Shown here: in pieces, positions 26,987 to 28,782 of the stretch
How the letters are laid out: every line of letters starts with the position of its first letter
Position numbering within the stretch: position 1 is the stretch's first letter
Virus record (IMG/VR): IMGVR_UViG_3300032320_001068
Location: 1-28,782 of that record
Length of the DNA stretch: 28,782 nucleotides
Reading direction: 5' to 3' (one strand)
Source of the DNA: a virus
Taxonomy: Duplodnaviria > Caudoviricetes
Made by a program: the position numbers and the translations under genes
The notes under the pieces: model-generated
Told to the model about the DNA's origin: nothing
Seen by the model: only the letters and a program-made list of their open reading frames with translations
The model's database searches: none

Positions 26987-27226
26987 ATGGCGGTAACAAC
27001 AAAATCAAAAAAGCCAAAAGAAAAAGCAAAGGCAGAGATTATTCCTATTGATGAAGTTAGGGAATGGGTTGTTGTACTTAGTAATCTATTGGAATCGCAA
27101 AAGGTAAATTTAGAAAGAACAGTATTTTCATCTGAGCCATTTATGGAAAGTCCATTCACGAATGAAGAAATGCAAAAAATAAAAAACAAAATATTTAATT
27201 TATTAAGTTGGATTAAAGATGAATAA
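26987..27226 (+). CDS. Hypothetical protein
   Basis: 79-aa ORF tightly packed in the operon. Confidence 0.6.
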   Translation: MAVTTKSKKPKEKAKAEIIPIDEVREWVVVLSNLLESQKVNLERTVFSSEPFMESPFTNEEMQKIKNKIFNLLSWIKDE

Positions 27227-27422
27227 AACAACAGTAACAACAGAATTTGAAAGTCAACAAGATTTGTTTGAGCATTTAGAATATTTGCAAAAAGCTAACT
27301 TGGGATTTCAAACACAACATAATTTAATTAAAGAAATGGAATGGTTTTTTGATAGTAATCCTGAAACATCTCCATTAGAAATAATAGAATTTCTTCAAGA
27401 ATTTATAAATAAAAACTTATGA
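27219..27422 (+). CDS. Hypothetical acidic protein
   Basis: 67-aa ORF overlapping both neighbours. Confidence 0.6.
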   Translation: MNKTTVTTEFESQQDLFEHLEYLQKANLGFQTQHNLIKEMEWFFDSNPETSPLEIIEFLQEFINKNL

Positions 27423-27946
27423 AAAAATTAATCCTGGTACTACTTATAGCAACAACATTTAGTTGCAATGTCATCAAGAGTTTGCAAAAAGAAAAAAGCA
27501 AAGAGGAAACTAAAACTGAGCAAGAAATAAAAGTTGATTCAGTTGCAAAGGTCGAAATCGAGAAGGAAATAGTATCAACATTCACCACCGATACGAAAAC
27601 AGAATTTTTCGATTTAAGCGAGGTTACTATCTTTGAAGTTATGAATGATAGTGGCAAGGTTATTAATCGCACCACAACGACTAAAATCAATATAAAGGGC
27701 AATGTAATTGCCAAAGGCAAAGAGGATAAAAAAGAAACCTCCGCAGAAAGCAAAAAAATAGATTTGTCAAAAATTGACAAGTCAAAAGAAAGCAAGTCAA
27801 AAAGCGAGTTAGTAAAAGTTAAGGAAGTCAAGAAATGGTCATTGCCAACGTGGATGTGGTGGTTATTAATCATTGCAGGAGTAGTGTTTGCCCTTGTTGG
27901 AATTTGGAAGGTAAAAAAAAATAATTTTACCCAATTTTTTAAATAA
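27419..27946 (+). CDS. Putative unimolecular spanin (lipoprotein with C-terminal TM helix)
   Basis: MKKLILVLLIATTFS-C16 lipoprotein signal; C-terminal TM WMWWLLIIAGVVFALVGIW followed by KVKK. Confidence 0.7.
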   Translation: MKKLILVLLIATTFSCNVIKSLQKEKSKEETKTEQEIKVDSVAKVEIEKEIVSTFTTDTKTEFFDLSEVTIFEVMNDSGKVINRTTTTKINIKGNVIAKGKEDKKETSAESKKIDLSKIDKSKESKSKSELVKVKEVKKWSLPTWMWWLLIIAGVVFALVGIWKVKKNNFTQFFK

Positions 27947-27987
27947 ATGGCTAATCAACTTACTTATTAAGTTGGACTGCTATTTTT

Positions 27988-28012
27988 GCCTCAATTTAAT
28001 TGGGGCTTTTTT
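27988..28012 (+). terminator. Intrinsic terminator ending the late/lysis operon
   Basis: GCCTCAAT-TTA-ATTGGGGC hairpin followed by TTTTTT. Confidence 0.75.
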
Positions 28013-28028
28013 ATTTCAAAATAATTTG

Positions 28029-28036
28029 TACATTTG
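28029..28036 (+). promoter_or_regulatory. -7 promoter element between two terminators
   Basis: TACATTTG exact match to TAnnTTTG. Confidence 0.5.
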
Positions 28037-28040
28037 TGCA

Positions 28041-28101
28041 ATTAGTTTTCATAGACTGGTAATTGATTGTTCGGAAAGCCCATCTTATAGGTGGGTTTTT
28101 T
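28041..28101 (+). ncRNA. Candidate ~60-nt small RNA
   Basis: Bounded by a -7 box (28029-28036) and a terminator (28075-28101); no ORF; internal hairpin TTAGTTT[TCAT]AGACTGG. Confidence 0.4.
28075..28101 (+). terminator. Intrinsic terminator
   Basis: AAAGCCCATCT-TAT-AGGTGGGTTTT hairpin with T-run. Confidence 0.8.
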
Positions 28102-28153
28102 CGTTTCTATAAAATTAATCTATTTGAATATCAGTTAATTAAACATAGTTGTG

Positions 28154-28182
28154 TTGTATATTAATATAATTGTATATTTTTG
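28154..28182 (+). promoter_or_regulatory. Bacteroidota-type promoter for the downstream small-gene region
   Basis: TTG (28154-28156), 18-nt spacer, TATTTTTG (28175-28182), upstream of ATG 28205. Confidence 0.55.
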
Positions 28183-28204
28183 CAAACAACAAATCACAAT
28201 TAAT

Positions 28205-28372
28205 ATGAAAAAACTAACACAATTTACAGACTACCTAAACAATTTATTGTTGAAGTATGAATGGTGTACATCACATCGTGATAGATACTCAATTCAACAG
28301 CCAAAGGAAGAAGAAAAAAAGATTAGAATTTGGCAAACAACTCACAACGGAATAACAACCAAACACAATTAA
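28205..28372 (+). CDS. Hypothetical 55-aa protein
   Basis: ATG 28205 with A-rich start region downstream of the promoter; the track's GTG 28151 lies upstream of the -7 box. Confidence 0.55.
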   Translation: MKKLTQFTDYLNNLLLKYEWCTSHRDRYSIQQPKEEEKKIRIWQTTHNGITTKHN

Positions 28373-28373
28373 T

Positions 28374-28568
28374 ATGTCAAAGAGAAAAATTCAATACATT
28401 ATTTCACCAATGCAAATGGCATTTGTGAACTCAATTATCTACAAGGCAACAGAGCCAAGTAGTAGCTTGAAAAAAGGAGAAGCATTCGGCAAGATATTTA
28501 TTGAGAGCCATCCTGAGTTCAAATCGTTTAAAAAACGCAATGCAGATAAAGAGTTGGATGGAGAGTAA
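28374..28568 (+). CDS. Hypothetical 64-aa protein
   Basis: Starts 1 nt after the previous stop. Confidence 0.6.
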   Translation: MSKRKIQYIISPMQMAFVNSIIYKATEPSSSLKKGEAFGKIFIESHPEFKSFKKRNADKELDGE

Positions 28569-28672
28569 ATCATTCATTAGCTATGAATATAGCCTATAAT
28601 GTATGATAAATCATTCTGATAACGGTACGGGGGTTGTCTAAGTAATTTTACGGATTAAAAAAACGAAACAAA

Positions 28673-28782
28673 ATGGATAGTAAATTAGCATTGAAAGTAA
28701 ATAAATTTATACACGAACAATGTATAGACGGAACACCTCACGACATTGGATGGAATGTAGTAAAGTTGATTGAAGAAGAAAC
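28673..28782 (+). CDS. Hypothetical protein, truncated by the window end (MDSKLALKVNKFIHEQCIDGTPHDIGWNVVKLIEEE...)
   Basis: ATG after A-rich start region; frame open to the window end. Confidence 0.55.
   Translation, partial: MDSKLALKVNKFIHEQCIDGTPHDIGWNVVKLIEEE

Larger units (their letters stand above)
1..28782 (+). mobile_element. Siphovirus-like tailed phage genome segment (replication, packaging, head, tail and lysis modules), probable Bacteroidota host
   Basis: Contiguous co-oriented terminase-portal-protease-capsid-tail-tape measure-lysis genes; no host housekeeping genes; no tail sheath; no integrase or att site in the window, so free phage versus prophage is undetermined. Confidence 0.95.

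Noticed and set aside
98-27873. All minus-strand ORFs in the track (e.g. 98..373, 14800..15105, 27403..27873)
   Set aside because: Almost all lie antisense to well-supported + strand genes; their Phe/Leu/Ser-rich sequences are what reverse-complemented Lys/Glu-rich genes produce, and they have no recognisable motifs
27947-27970. Micro-ORF MANQLTY after the spanin
   Set aside because: Only 7 codons with no supporting evidence
28011-28052. Minus-strand micro-ORF MKTNCTNVQIILK starting at the CAT in the sRNA candidate
   Set aside because: 13 codons and no evident minus-strand promoter; the + strand promoter/terminator reading explains the region better
1-28782. Stop-codon reassignment (alternative genetic code)
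   Set aside because: Genes are full-length and densely packed under the standard code; TAA, TAG (3400, 26984) and TGA (15527, 24592) all serve as stops

Overview
An AT-rich segment of a tailed dsDNA phage (or prophage) with every credible gene on the + strand. The host is very likely a Bacteroidota (Flavobacteriia/Sphingobacteriia-like), judged from TAnnTTTG promoters, A-rich starts without Shine-Dalgarno sites and Bacteroidota-style signal peptides. Gene order: structured RNA leader, replication initiator with internal iterons, T7 gp4/Twinkle-type primase-helicase, small and large terminase, HK97-type portal, protease and major capsid protein, head completion genes, a non-contractile tail (tube, chaperones, 837-aa tape measure, tip and fibre proteins; no sheath seen), a lysis region (holin candidates, DUF5675-like endolysin, u-spanin-like lipoprotein), a metallophosphoesterase and the start of a small-gene region. 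The most unusual signals are: (1) a major capsid protein with an N-terminal two-helix membrane anchor or signal peptide, next to a Sec-signal-bearing tandem jelly-roll protein, suggesting membrane-linked head assembly; (2) a kissing-loop/GNRA/terminator RNA leader before the replication genes; (3) a ~60-nt promoter-to-terminator sRNA candidate displaying an anti-AUG loop; (4) KITE-repeat docking motifs shared by a tail-tip protein and two fibres. No tRNA, CRISPR array, integrase or IS element was seen. All family calls come from motif recognition by eye, not from database searches.
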